A stretch of 64,000 nt of DNA from an uncultured Gemmatimonadales bacterium (GTDB lineage: Bacteria; Gemmatimonadota; Gemmatimonadetes; Longimicrobiales; RSA9). Positions 47,643 through 60,286 of this stretch are shown here, piece by piece. How positions within the stretch are numbered: position 1 is the stretch's first letter; every line of letters starts with the position of its first letter. The notes beneath the pieces are model-generated. The model had not been told where the DNA came from, made no database searches, and was given only the letters and a program-made list of their open reading frames with translations. The stretch is taken from NCBI GenBank assembly GCA_963798085.1, contig CAWCRS010000005.1, positions 480,001 through 544,000 on the forward strand, given 5' to 3'. A program made the translations under genes and the position numbers.

Positions 47643-49300
47643 GGACGCCGCAGCGCGAACGTGTCGGGAATGACCTTGCCTTTCGCTTTCGCCTTGTTGC
47701 GGAGCGAGTCCACCGCGAGCCGCGTGGAATCACGCAGCAGCAGCGTGTCCATGTGCAGCACCGCGGCCACGCGCGCCCCATCCCTGCGCACGCACGCCGA
47801 GCGGACACTGTCGGCGCGAATGCCGTTGATGGCGAGGCTGTCGATGAGCATGCCGCAGGCAAGGCGCAGGCTGTCGGCCGCAGCACGCGCCTCCAGGCTG
47901 TCGAGGCGGGCTATGGCAACACCCACGCGCACGTCGCGTGCGTCGGCCTCGTGCATGGCGTCGTCGCGCAGAGCGGTGAGCGAACGCAAGAGACGCGACT
48001 CCGCCGCGCTGTACGCCTCCGCATCGGGGTCGCCGCCGGTCACGGCCAGCACATACACGTTGTCAGGGTGTGCATGCAGGCGGGCCACGACGGTGTCGTT
48101 CTGCTCGCCGTTCACTGACAGGGCCGCCGCGGCCAGCATGGCTTTCGGCGCCCAGATCGCATCGGGCACAATGTCGGCATAGGCGAGGAAGAGCTGGCGC
48201 GCGAGGCGGGGCGCGCGCAGTTCATCGCGCGCGATCTCGGCTGCCGCGAAGAGCGCCAGTGGCTGGGCCGCCTGGTCGGCGCGTTCCATCAGCACTTCGA
48301 CCGTCTTGATGCCGCGCAGCATGATGCGCGCGTCCGGATCGTTCAGTGCGGGGAGCAGCAGCGCGCGCACGGGCGAGAGGTCCGTGATGCTGTCCGCACG
48401 CGCCAGCTCGAGCCGTCCCGCCAGAGCCCTCGCCTGCCCCGCGGTCACCGGTGACGCGCGGCCCGCCAGCTCGAGCGCGGCCGTGATCGCAGCCGTCGTG
48501 TCACCGGCCCGCGCACGCAGCGCAATGCGCAGGAATCCCTGTGACTCGCGTTGCGCCGTGGGCCAGTCGCTGCCGGCCGCCGCATCGAGCAGCAATGCCG
48601 CCCAGGCCGCGCCGAAGTGACCCGCGGCCTGGTCGACGAGCACGCCCACACTGTCGGCCCAGCGCGCCGCAGCGCGTTCACGGAACAGCCGCCCCGTGCT
48701 GGCGCGCAGGCGGGCGCTGTCCTCCAGCTCCACGGCGCGGCGCGCGCGTTCCAGCTCGGCTTCCAGTGCTGCCGGGGCGTGATTCGCGCTCGCGGCATCC
48801 AGATCCTGCCACGCACCCTGCGTCTCATCCTCGCCAAAGCGCACCCTTGCGCGCCAGAGCCGGGCAAACGCTGTGTTATCGGCATCCAGCCTGCCACTCA
48901 GCGCGCTGTCCAGGCGGGCGCTGGCCAGCGCGGGATTGCCCAGCAGCAGCTCGCACGCGCCCAGTCTCGCCTGCGCGGCCGCGCGGCGCTCGCCCTGGGG
49001 CTCCATCTCGAGCAGCTTGAGCAGTGCGCCGCGCGCGGCCTCGTATTCACCGCGCTCGAAGCGTGCACGCGCGATCAGCCACAGCGCATCGTCGGCCCAG
49101 CGCCCAGCGGGGTGTTTGCGATAGCTCGCGGCCGCCTTTTCAATGGACTCGAGCCACGCCCGGCTGGCCGCTTCGCGCTGCCCGTGCGCGGCCGCGTTTT
49201 CCGCCGCGCTGAAGCGGCGCTGCGCGTTGTACATGGAATTGAAATAGCCGCAGCCCGCGAGCAGCAGTGCAGCCAGCAATGCGAGCGGCCGGCGCATCAC
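47639..49300 (-). CDS. TPR-containing lipoprotein
   Basis: LLAGC lipobox, YFNSMYNA, helical repeats. Confidence 0.75.
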   Translation of the reverse strand: MMRRPLALLAALLLAGCGYFNSMYNAQRRFSAAENAAAHGQREAASRAWLESIEKAAASYRKHPAGRWADDALWLIARARFERGEYEAARGALLKLLEMEPQGERRAAAQARLGACELLLGNPALASARLDSALSGRLDADNTAFARLWRARVRFGEDETQGAWQDLDAASANHAPAALEAELERARRAVELEDSARLRASTGRLFRERAAARWADSVGVLVDQAAGHFGAAWAALLLDAAAGSDWPTAQRESQGFLRIALRARAGDTTAAITAALELAGRASPVTAGQARALAGRLELARADSITDLSPVRALLLPALNDPDARIMLRGIKTVEVLMERADQAAQPLALFAAAEIARDELRAPRLARQLFLAYADIVPDAIWAPKAMLAAAALSVNGEQNDTVVARLHAHPDNVYVLAVTGGDPDAEAYSAAESRLLRSLTALRDDAMHEADARDVRVGVAIARLDSLEARAAADSLRLACGMLIDSLAINGIRADSVRSACVRRDGARVAAVLHMDTLLLRDSTRLAVDSLRNKAKAKGKVIPDTFALRRP

Positions 49301-50449
49301 GGTGTGCCGCCCGTCATGAGTCGCTCGTGGTCATCGAAGAAGCTGTCGATGGCGCCGGCCACCGCCTTCGCGATGTCTTCCTGGAACGTGGCCTGGCGGA
49401 TCAGCTTCGCCTCCGCGGGATTCGAGATGAACGCGACCTCCACGAGCACAGCCGGCATGAGCGCGCCCACCAGCACGCGGAAGCCCGCGCGCTTGACGCC
49501 GCGGTCCGGCCCGCTGTGTACCCCCGCGATCGCCGACTGAACATCGTCGGCCAGATCGCTCGAGGCACGCACCCAGAAATCGTTGCGCAGTCCGTTCAGG
49601 ATGCCGTCTTCTTCGGAGTCCGACTTCGCCGGCTGGTTCTCGAACGCAACCGCCGCGTTCTCCATCTCGGCAACACGCTGTTCGTCTTCCGTGCGCGCAT
49701 CGGCCAGCAGGAAGGTCTCGAAACCGCGCACCGTCTTCGTCTGCGTGGGCGCCGAGTTCATGTGTATCGAGATGAAGAGCGCCGAGGGCCGGCCGTTCTT
49801 CCACTGATTCGCGAAACGGGGCCGGTCGGCGAGCGCGATCAGTGTATCGGTGGTGCGCGTGAAATGCACTTCGTAGCCCCTCGCCTTCAGCAGACTGCCC
49901 AGCCGCCTGCTCAGTTGCAGCGTAGCGTCTTTCTCGCGCAGACCATTGGGCCCGATCTTGCCCGTGTCTTCGCCCACCGTGACCGGGATCGATCACGACC
50001 ACGCGCTGCGGCGGTTTCGCGGGTGGTGGCGGCGCCACGGGCCGGTCGATGGCGCCGCTGATGGTGAGCACACCGTCGGCGAAACGTACCCGATCCGCGT
50101 GCGCGGCGGGCAACCAGTCGCTGAAGAAGGCGGCCGGCAGTGCCACGTCGTCGCCGGCCTGGCCCACGGGCGTAGCCAGTGGCACGACCGCAGCGCCACG
50201 TGTGAAGAAGGGCGACCCCACCCAGAAGCTCAGCGTATCGCCGAGCAGCACCACGCGCATGCCGCCGGCCGTGGGAATGAAGCGGGCTCCCGCTGCTTCC
50301 AGCGCGCGCGACGGCCACGCGAGCGCGCCAGCGCCCGCGACCGCATCCACGGTGGCCTTCTGCCCGCCCGCATTGATCTGCAGCCTCGAGCCCTGCGCGG
50401 CGAGGGCGCCCGGCAGTGCCAGCGTCAATGCCAGCGCGACACTGCGCAT
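49297..50449 (-). CDS. N-acetylmuramoyl-L-alanine amidase (Amidase_3), frameshift near 49980
   Basis: VVIDPGHGG, EK, FISIHMN, MPAVLVEVAF. Confidence 0.92.
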
Positions 50450-50916
50450 CAGCGGCTCTTCAACGCGCGTTCCACTTCGCGCTCCGCGTCGCGGCGGCGC
50501 ACGGTCTCGCGCTTGTCGTGCAGCTTCTTTCCGCGTGCCAGGGCCAGCGTCACCTTGACGTGGCCTTCGCGCAGATAGACGTCCAGGGGCACCAGCGTGA
50601 GGCCTTTCTGCTGAGTCGCGCCGATCAGCCTGCGAATCTCCTTGCGGTGCAGCAGCAGCTTGCGCGGCCGTGTCGGGTTCGTGTTCTCGCGGCTGGCCGG
50701 CTCGTACGGGCTGATGTGCATGTCCCGCAGCCAGACTTCGCCGCCATCCACGGTAGCGAACGCCTCGGCCAGACTCACCTTCGACGCGCGCACCGACTTG
50801 ACCTCGGGGCCGGCCAGGACAATACCCGCCTCCCAGGTCTCCTCGACGAAGTATTCGTGGAGAGCCTTCTTGTTCCGTGCTACGATCTTGCGCGAATCGC
50901 CGGTCGCCCTGGCCAT
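50449..50916 (-). CDS. smpB: SsrA-binding protein
   Basis: NKKALHEY, EAGIVL.GPEVKS, RKLLLH, GKKLHDKR. Confidence 0.98.
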   Translation of the reverse strand: MARATGDSRKIVARNKKALHEYFVEETWEAGIVLAGPEVKSVRASKVSLAEAFATVDGGEVWLRDMHISPYEPASRENTNPTRPRKLLLHRKEIRRLIGATQQKGLTLVPLDVYLREGHVKVTLALARGKKLHDKRETVRRRDAEREVERALKSR

Positions 50917-50964
50917 GGTGCGGTCAATCTAGTGGCGCAGGACCCGGATTTGGAGACGGCTCGC

Positions 50965-51885
50965 CTAACTCAACCGCTCCTTCTGCCGGCGGCGGATGCG
51001 CCGCAGCGCCGCCACCTGACCGACTTCACCGCCGATCACGAAAGCGACGCTCATGTAGTAGATCCACAGCAGGAAGATGATCAGCGTGGCAAACGCGCCG
51101 TAGGTGGAATTGTAGGCGGCGACGTTCGTCACGTACCACCCGAACAGCATTTTCATCAGCTCGAAGAGCACCGCGGTGAAGGTCGCCGCGATCATGGCAA
51201 TGCGCCATTGAATGCGGCGTTTGGGCAGATAGCGGTAGATGAGCACGAACATGAACCAGATGGAGAGGAACGCCAGAGCCGTGAGCATGAGGCTGTCGGC
51301 CGCGCGGAAGCTGACCGGGTCGATGCCCAGCACACTGCGCCCGTAGTTGCCGACCAGCTCGATGACCACGGTGACGCCCACATTGACGGCGAACAGCGTA
51401 CCGGCGGCGATGACCATGCCCATGTCGAACAGCTTGCCCAGGACAATGCCGCGATCCACCTCGATGTCGAAGATTTCGCGCAGTGCCGTGCGCAGCGTGC
51501 CCACCAGCCGGGTGGCGATCCAGATGAGGAATATGGAGCCCACGCCCACGAAGCCGGTGGCGCGCGAGATCAGGTTCTTCAGCGTCTCCTGGAACCACGC
51601 CAGCAATTCCGGATTGAGGGGCGGCAGTACTTCCGAGATCAGACGAAGTACCTGGTTAGCCGCGTTCTCGCCGTATTTCGAGCGCAGCAGCAGGCCGGTG
51701 ATGCCGAGGACGGCGAGAATCAGGGGAACGATGGCCACCACAATGTTGAACGCGATGGCGCCGGACAGGAAGAAGATGTTGTCCTGCTCCAGCTTCTTGT
51801 ACAGGCGGACGAAGAAGTCGCTGATGTCAGCGAGTGCGGCGCCGCGGGGTTCGCGGTCCCGCGGCGCACGCAAGGCGTCGCTCAA
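50965..51885 (-). CDS. YihY/BrkB family membrane protein
   Basis: Multiple TMs; YRYLP; YNSTYGAF; LWIYY. Confidence 0.9.
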   Translation of the reverse strand: MSDALRAPRDREPRGAALADISDFFVRLYKKLEQDNIFFLSGAIAFNIVVAIVPLILAVLGITGLLLRSKYGENAANQVLRLISEVLPPLNPELLAWFQETLKNLISRATGFVGVGSIFLIWIATRLVGTLRTALREIFDIEVDRGIVLGKLFDMGMVIAAGTLFAVNVGVTVVIELVGNYGRSVLGIDPVSFRAADSLMLTALAFLSIWFMFVLIYRYLPKRRIQWRIAMIAATFTAVLFELMKMLFGWYVTNVAAYNSTYGAFATLIIFLLWIYYMSVAFVIGGEVGQVAALRRIRRRQKERLS

Positions 51886-52328
51886 ACGCCGATGTCGCCC
51901 GCGTTACCGGCCGCGTCGCCACTGCCCGCATCGGCTGCGCCAGGTGGCCGCCGCGCGGCATCGACGCCGGCGCGCACGCGCTCGCGCGTCTCACGTACCT
52001 TGCGCTCGAGGTCGTCGCGCGTGTCGCGGGCCGCCTGACGTCCGGCCTCGAACGCGTCACGGGCGGCGGAAACGCGATCGTTCACGTTGGTCTTCACGCC
52101 CTCGATTGTCTGCGACACCGCATCCTGCACGTTGCGCACGGTGTCTTCGGCACGCTCGCGGATGCGACGCACACCCGTGCGGATCTCCGCCCGTGTCTCT
52201 TCGCCGCTGCGCGGCGCGAACAGCAGCGCCACTGCAGCGCCCGCCAGGGCACCGGCCACGAAGGAGCCGAAGCCGCCACCCCTCCGCTCGATCACGATGG
52301 TGGTGGGATGTTCTTCGCGATGCCTCAT
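51882..52328 (-). CDS. YtxH domain protein
   Basis: FVAGALAGAAVALLFAPRSGEETR. Confidence 0.9.
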   Translation of the reverse strand: MRHREEHPTTIVIERRGGGFGSFVAGALAGAAVALLFAPRSGEETRAEIRTGVRRIRERAEDTVRNVQDAVSQTIEGVKTNVNDRVSAARDAFEAGRQAARDTRDDLERKVRETRERVRAGVDAARRPPGAADAGSGDAAGNAGDIGV

Positions 52329-52381
52329 CTCTCTCTCCTCCCGCCGGCCCGGGCGCCGGCGCGGAATATCCGATTGGCGCA

Positions 52382-53743
52382 TCAGACCGCCTCCACTGGT
52401 TCCTGGCAATAGGCCAACAGGCGCTCGCGCAGGGCCTCGTCGTCAATGCCCAGAATGCGCGCCGTGCGCACATGGTCGCCATCCGCGAACGCGAACGTCT
52501 TGAGGGTAATGCGCCGCTCCGATTCGGCCAGTGACGTGCCGACCGGGATGCGCACCTCCGATTCATCGAGAGCCAGGTGTCTGGGCCGCAGGTCGGCGGC
52601 CCCGATAATCGCGTGTTTGGCGAGAATCACCGCGCGCTCCACCGCGTTCTTCAGCTCACGCACGTTGCCTGGCCAGCGATAGGTCTCAATGTACTCCAGC
52701 GCGCCGTCACCGAAGCCGGTCACGTTCTTGCCCAGCCCCTCGGCGAAGGTGCGCAGAAACGTCTCCGCCAGCAGGCGGGCATCGCCCTCCCGCTCGCGCA
52801 GCGGCGGCAGCACGATGGGCACCACCGCCAGGCGATGATACAGATCCTCGCGCAGGTCGCCGGTCTTCAATGCCTCACTCACGTCGCGGTTGGTGGCCGA
52901 CACCACGTTGATGTCGACCGAAATCTCCTTGCGTCCGCCCAGACGGCGGAACGAGCGCTGCTCCAGTGCCCGCAGCAGCTTGACCTGGATGTCCGGCTGC
53001 ATTTCCGCGACTTCGTCCAGGAACAGCGTGCCGCCGTCCGCCTGCTCGAAGGCGCCCGCCTTCTCGTTGATGGCGCCCGTGAATGCCCCCTTTTCGTGGC
53101 CGAACAGCTCGTTCTCCAGGATTTCGCGCGGGAAGGCACCGCAGTTCAGCGCTACGAAAGGTCCTTTCTTGCGGCCCGACTTGTTGTGCAGGGCGCGGGC
53201 GACGAGTTCCTTGCCCGTCCCGCTCTCCCCCACGATCAGCACATTGGCGTGCGCTGGCGCCACTGCCTCGATGATGTCCCACACCTTCCGCATCTCCTCG
53301 GACTGGCCGAGCATGTCGCCGTAGCGTGTGAGACTCTCCAGCTGCTTCTGCAACCGCTTGTTGGCCGTCTTGACTTCGTGCTTCTCGAGCGCCTTGGGAA
53401 TCAGCGCCTTCAGGCGCTCGACATCGAGCGGTTTGGTCAGGTAGTCGTAAGCGCCATTGCGCATGGCTTCCACGGCGGGCGCGGCCGTGTTGTCGCCGGT
53501 GATGACGATGATCTCGGCGTCCAGCTTCTCCTCCCGCATGCGCTTGAACAGCTCGAGGCCGTCCATCCCCGGCATGCGCAGGTCGGCCAGAACGAGGTCG
53601 AAATCACCGGAGCGAACCAGTTCCCAGGCCGCAGCGCCATCCGTCGCGGAATGGATCTCGTACCCTTCTGCCTCGAGGAGCATGCGCAGCCCCTCGGAGA
53701 TGTTGGCTTCGTCGTCGGCAATGAGCAGCTTCGGTGCGCTCAT
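52382..53743 (-). CDS. Sigma-54-dependent response regulator (NtrC/AtoC family)
   Basis: Receiver (DDE, DLRMPGMDG); GESGTGKE; GAFTGA; WPGNVREL. Confidence 0.95.
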   Translation of the reverse strand: MSAPKLLIADDEANISEGLRMLLEAEGYEIHSATDGAAAWELVRSGDFDLVLADLRMPGMDGLELFKRMREEKLDAEIIVITGDNTAAPAVEAMRNGAYDYLTKPLDVERLKALIPKALEKHEVKTANKRLQKQLESLTRYGDMLGQSEEMRKVWDIIEAVAPAHANVLIVGESGTGKELVARALHNKSGRKKGPFVALNCGAFPREILENELFGHEKGAFTGAINEKAGAFEQADGGTLFLDEVAEMQPDIQVKLLRALEQRSFRRLGGRKEISVDINVVSATNRDVSEALKTGDLREDLYHRLAVVPIVLPPLREREGDARLLAETFLRTFAEGLGKNVTGFGDGALEYIETYRWPGNVRELKNAVERAVILAKHAIIGAADLRPRHLALDESEVRIPVGTSLAESERRITLKTFAFADGDHVRTARILGIDDEALRERLLAYCQEPVEAV

Positions 53744-53796
53744 GTTCCTCTGCAGGTCGGGTTCGGTGCGCACACTTTCTCGGTCACCGGATGGTA

Positions 53797-54500
53797 TCAC
53801 GGCGACAGCGGCGGGATTCCCCGGCTCGACTCCCCGGGCAGCCTGACATTGATCACCAGTCGATTGGTATCGGACCCCCCGTCGAGGTCGGCGGTTCCAC
53901 CTTCGTTGCCGAGCCATGTGCTTGCCAGTCGGAGTGCATGATTCAGGGCTGCACCATCTGTGCCGCCCGTTCTCTCCTCGCCGGCCAGCCCGCGGCTTTC
54001 GAGTCGCAGCACGACGGCGGCTGCGTCGCCTGTTCCCTGCACCGTCATTTCACCGCCACCCGCCGCATGATTGCGCAGCTCGAACGCGAGTCGCAGCAGT
54101 GCCAGCCAGACCGGCTCGCAGCGCACGCGGACGCGCAGCGCCGCAGCCACGGGCTCACGCTCGTACCGCACACGACCGCCCCGTGCCATGGCTCGCAGCA
54201 GCGGATCAATGGCGGCGAGCAGTGTTTCGACCGCGATGTTCTTCGGTCCCGGTTCGGCCGGACGCGCCAGCAGCAGGAAGGCTTCGCTGAGTGCGTGCAG
54301 CCGGCGCACTTCTTCTTCCAGCACCGCCGCGCGATCCAGCACCACGTTTGCATCGGCCGCACGCCGGCGCAGCACTTCAATGTTGACGAGCATGGACTGC
54401 ACCGGCCCGCGCACCTCGTGCGCAACATCACGACCAATGGCGCGCAGCAGCCAGCCGACCTCCGCATCGCCCGCATGGAGCGCGACTGCATCGGGTGTAT

Positions 54501-54504
<4 letters not shown>
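53797..54504 (-). CDS. Sensorless histidine-kinase-like protein with degenerate ATPase domain
   Basis: H-box AHEVRGP; N and G boxes not recognisable. Confidence 0.65.
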
Positions 54505-55891
<1,387 letters not shown>

Positions 55892-55895
<4 letters not shown>

Positions 55896-56695
55896 TCCTC
55901 TGTGTCGATTGCATCACCGTGGAATTCCACCACCAGTCCATCGTACGCCGGCTCAATGCCGGGCGGCAGCGAAGCCGCCAGCCGCGCGTGCTGCACACGG
56001 TGCGTCAGATGGGTGAGATACACGCGCGCCGCCCCTACCTCGCGGGCCGCTTCCACCGCCTCCTCGACGTTGAAATGCGTGGGATGCGGGTTTCCCTCCC
56101 ATAACGCGTTGAGCACGAGCACGCGCACGCCGCGCAGAATGGCGAGGGCGGGCGGCGGCAGCGCCTTGGCATCGGTCACGTAGCCCAGCTCACCGCAGCG
56201 GAACCCGAACGCAGTCATATCACCGTGCGGCACCGCGAACGGCTGCAGTCGGAACCCGACAATGCGCAGTTCGTCTTCCGGTTGGAACACGCGCAGGTCG
56301 ATCTCCGGCTTGGTCGTGCCTTCAGGCGGCTGGTACGCGGGGTCGAAGATGTAGGGAAACGTGCGCCGCAGCCGGTCCGCGTTCTCGGCATCGGCCCACG
56401 CTTCCAGCGGCCGGCCTCGCCGCGCGGAGAAGACGCGCAGATCATCAATGCCGTGCGTGTGATCGGCGTGCGCGTGCGTGAAGAAAACGGCATCGACCTG
56501 GCCTATGCCCGCAGCCACCAGCTGCAGGCGCAGCTCGGGCGGCGTGTCCACCAGCAGCGCACTGCCCTCCTGTTCCAGCGTCACCGCGTGGCGACTGCGC
56601 CGGTCGCGGCTGTCCGTCGACGTGCACACGTCGCAGGCACAGCCGATCACGGGAATGCCGAACGACGTGCCGGTGCCCAGAAAGCGGAGCTTCAA
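55892..56695 (-). CDS. PhnP-like MBL-fold metallo-hydrolase
   Basis: FLGTGTSFGIP.IGC.C.VC; THAHADHTHGIDD. Confidence 0.92.
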
Positions 56696-58106
56696 AGCTC
56701 CTCCACCCGCAGCATGTTGGTGGTGCCGCTGACGTGGAAGGGAATGCCGGCCGTGACCACCACGCGCTGGCCTTCGCGCGCCACGCGATGCTCGAGCAGC
56801 CAGGCGCGCGCCGCGGCCACCATGCTCTCGTAGCTGACTTCGCCCTCGCAGTGCACCGGGAGCACGCCCCACACCAGCGCCAGCTGGCGCCACGTCGAGA
56901 TCTGGTCGGACACGCCGATGATGGGCACAGGCGGGCGATAGCTGGACACCAGACGCGTGGTCGTTCCCGAGCGCGTCAGCGTCACGATGGCCGGCGCACC
57001 CAGCCGCCTCGCCGCTTCCACCGTGGCCGCGGCAATGGCGTGTTCCGTCGCCGTGGCGCCCGCCCGCGGATGCTTCTCCGGCACGTCGTAGTGCGGGCCC
57101 TCCTCCATGACGTGCGCCCGCTCGATCTCACCCACAATGCGCACCATCGCATCCACTGCCAGGAACGGGTAACGCCCGGCCGCCGTCTCGCCCGACAGCA
57201 TCACCGCATCGGTGCCGTCGAACACCGCGTTAGCCACATCGCTGGCTTCCGCACGCGTCGGCCGCGGATTCTCCATCATCGATTCCAGCATCTGCGTGGC
57301 CGTGATCACGGGCCGGCCGTGGAAGTTGGCCAGCTGCACAATGCGCTTCTGCGCCATGGGCACACGCTCGAAAGGCAGCTCGACACCCAGATCGCCGCGC
57401 GCCACCATCACTGCATCGCTGACGTCGAGGATCGACTCGATCTCCTCCAGCGCCCGGTCCTTCTCGATCTTGGCCACAATCAGCGCGCGTCCGCCCAGAC
57501 GCTCGCGCAGATCCAGCACGTCGCTGGCGCGCTGCACGAAGGACAGTCCCACGTAGTCGACGCCGTGCGCGGCCGCGAACTCCAGATCCAGGATATCCTT
57601 CGGCGTCAGCGCGGGCGCGCTCACCGCGATGCCCGGCAGATTGATGCCCTTGTGCTCGCGCAGCAGTCCGCCGCGCACCACGGTGCAACGCACGCGCGGC
57701 GGCGTGACTTCGGTAACACGGAGTTCCATGAGCCCGTCATCGAGCAGGATGCGGCGCCGTGCCCACGTCCTGCGCCAGGGCCGCGTACGTGGTGGGCACT
57801 CGTGCCGGGTCGCTTCCGCCTCCGGCGCCAGCACGATGAGGCTGCGATCGTCCAGCTGCAGCGGCGCGGGCAGTGCGCCAATGCGGATCTTCGGACCCGC
57901 CAGGTCGGCCAGCACCGCCAGCGGCTTGCCCATGTCTCTGCTCGCCTCGTGCGTCCAGCGGATCACCTCCGCCGCATGGTCTCGTGCGATTCGTGCGCGA
58001 AGTTGATGCGAATCACGTCCACACCCAGCTCGGCAAGGGCGTGCACCTGGTCACGCTCCGCCGTCGCGGGCCCGACTGTGGCTACGATCTTGGTCCGCAA
58101 ATCCAC
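56692..58106 (-). CDS. pyk: Pyruvate kinase, frameshifted
   Basis: RTKIVATVGPA; DLAGPKIR; MVARGDLGVE; TATQMLESM; PTRAEASDVANA. Confidence 0.96.
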
Positions 58107-58129
58107 GCCCTTTCGTCCCCTCTTCGATG

Positions 58130-59729
58130 TCAGCTGTGCACGATGATGCCGCCCACCACGGTGGCGGTGCAGCGCAGATCGAGCAACGCGGTTTCCGGCG
58201 CGAGCGGGTCGTGCTGCCAGGCCACGAAGTCGGCGGGCGCACCCGTTTCCAGCACACCGGTGGGCAGGCCCGCCGCCAGCGCAGGCCCGCGGGTGTACCC
58301 GCGAAGCGCGGCTTCGGCCGTCAGCCGCTCCGACGAATGCCACCCCCCCTGCGGTGCGTTGTCGAGATCCGTGCGCTGCACGGCGGCGAAGAGACCGAGC
58401 CCCGGATCGGCTGGCTCGACTGGCGCATCCGATCCAAACGCCAGCAGCGCGCCCGCCTGCTGCAACGAATGAAACGCGTAGGTGCGCGACGCGCGCGCTT
58501 CGCCCCAGTGACGGTCCGCAATGCGCCAGTCCGTGATCAGATGCGCCGGCTGCATCGAGCAGGTGATGCCGGCGCGCGCCGCATCGGCAAAGCGCTCCGC
58601 GGGACAGCATTGCACGTGCTCGATGCGGTGCGCCATGCCTGGCACCCGCGTCGCCGGATCGGCGAGCACATCGAGCGCCAGCGCTACCGCGGCATCACCG
58701 ATGGCGTGCACCGTGCTCGCAATTCCGCCTCTCGCCGCGCGCTGCACGTGGTAGCCGGAATTCGGCCGCGTCCAGCACCTGCATGCCGCGATTTCTGGAA
58801 CCCTGTAAGGCTCGCGCATCCAGGCCGTGCGCGAGCCCAGTGCACCATCCAGAAACATCTTGACGCCGCCCACGCGAATCCACCCGTCGCCGGCGCCGCT
58901 GTACAGCCCTTCGCGCAACGCGTCATCCAGCCGGTGCAGCGGCAGATGCTGGAGCACGCGCAGGCGCAGCGTTCCGCGCGCACGCATGGTTGCGAACACG
59001 CCCAGCGGCTCGGGCTCCACAATGTGCAGCGACGGCAGCGCGTGCACCACGTGATGCCCAGCGCGTGCAGCGCCTGCTGCGCCTCGCCCAGCGCGCTCAG
59101 CGTTTCGCTTCCGTGAGCGCGGGCAGGATTCGCGCGACCAGCTGCCCCGCGTTCTCCAGCAGCAGCCCCGTGGGCTCGCCGGCATCGTCGCGCACAATGC
59201 GCCCGCCCTCCGGATCCGCTGTGTCCCGATCGATGCCCGCGCGCCGCAGCGTCTCGCTGTTCACCCACAGCGCGTGCATGTCGTGACTCTGCAGCAGCAC
59301 CGGCCGCTCGCGGATCAGCGCATCGAGCATGGCGAGGTGCGCCGTCTCTTCCCGCCAGAGGTGCGCGTTCCAGCCGCGACCGCGCACCCATTCCGTCCTT
59401 GTGCCGCGGGCGTGACCGGCAGCCAGTGCGGCCGCGGACTGAGGCAATGTCGCGTGCGACAGGTCGACTTCGCGCCGCGCCAGCGCCCATTCGGTGAGAT
59501 GGATGTGGGCGTCGGTGAGACCGGGCGTGAGCGTGGTGCCGCGCAGGTCGAGCCGCGTGGCACTGCCGGCGCGCGCGCCCACATCGGCCGCCGGTCCGAT
59601 CGCCGCAATGCTGCCGTTCTCGATCAGGAGGGCGACCGGCCCCTGCACGCTCGACTCGCGCGCACCCGCCGCGAAGGTGTGCGCGCGATCCGCCAGCACG
59701 AGCAGCGATTCCGGCGCGGCGTCACGCAT
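58130..59729 (-). CDS. YtcJ-like amidohydrolase (Amidohydro_3), frameshifted
   Basis: PGLTDAHIH; HALWVNS; K.FLDGALGSRTA; HAIGD; RIEHVQ; FGSDAPV. Confidence 0.9.
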
Positions 59730-59867
59730 GGGCAGCCACGTCGCGCGCGCACCGTGCGCCTCGCCGCAGTCTGCCGGGACCGCGAGCCCGCCCGGGTTGC
59801 GGCATCTAACGACCCATTATCATGCCGGCGGGCATTCCGGCCTCAGCGCCCGCCGCCGCGCGCGTCG

Positions 59868-60093
59868 ATGCCCTCGACGCTCGCGATCTTCACGCCGGAA
59901 TCGGCCAGTCCGGGTTGCAGTGGTTGCCACCCGTGCCATCGTCCCCGAGCGTGCCGCGGCGCGGGATGTCGTTGAGGGAATCCTCGAGCTGCACGACCAC
60001 CCGGCGGTTGCCACCCGCGGCACGGCCCGGGCCCTCCTTCGGTGATCAGCATCGCTTGTCTCCGGACGGATCGTTCTGCACGGACGAGGGCAT
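59868..60093 (-). ncRNA. Candidate structured RNA, family unassigned
   Basis: Nested stems including a 9-bp closing helix and a 10-bp inner helix; mismatches become G-U pairs on the minus strand. Confidence 0.4.
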
Positions 60094-60286
60094 GATCGGG
60101 CGTGCCGTCGTTCGGGGCAACCGCTTGCAACGGTGCAGCGTACCGCGGCCAGCGTACGGTGTCGGGACAGGCGTTTGGAAGCGAGCCGCCCGAACGATAG
60201 TTTCCTGCGCCAGTCGCCCGCGCCACATGGGAGTGCCGGGCGGGAATTTCGGGACGCGGCCCGACCGGGCCGCCAACCATGAGCGC

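Noticed and set aside
59868..59975. CxxCH heme motif in a + strand frame (CSGCH)
   Set aside because: Short frame with no signal peptide or RBS; likely chance.
60005..60065. Glycine riboswitch (GGAGA...CACCGAAGGAG), SAM-I or T-box (GGGTGGCAACC) resemblance
   Set aside because: The required partner elements (CTCTCAGG, SAM-I core helices, specifier stem) were not found.
60114..60130. Sigma-54 promoter upstream of rnd
   Set aside because: GG-N10-GC spacing can be forced, but the TGGCAC element is absent.
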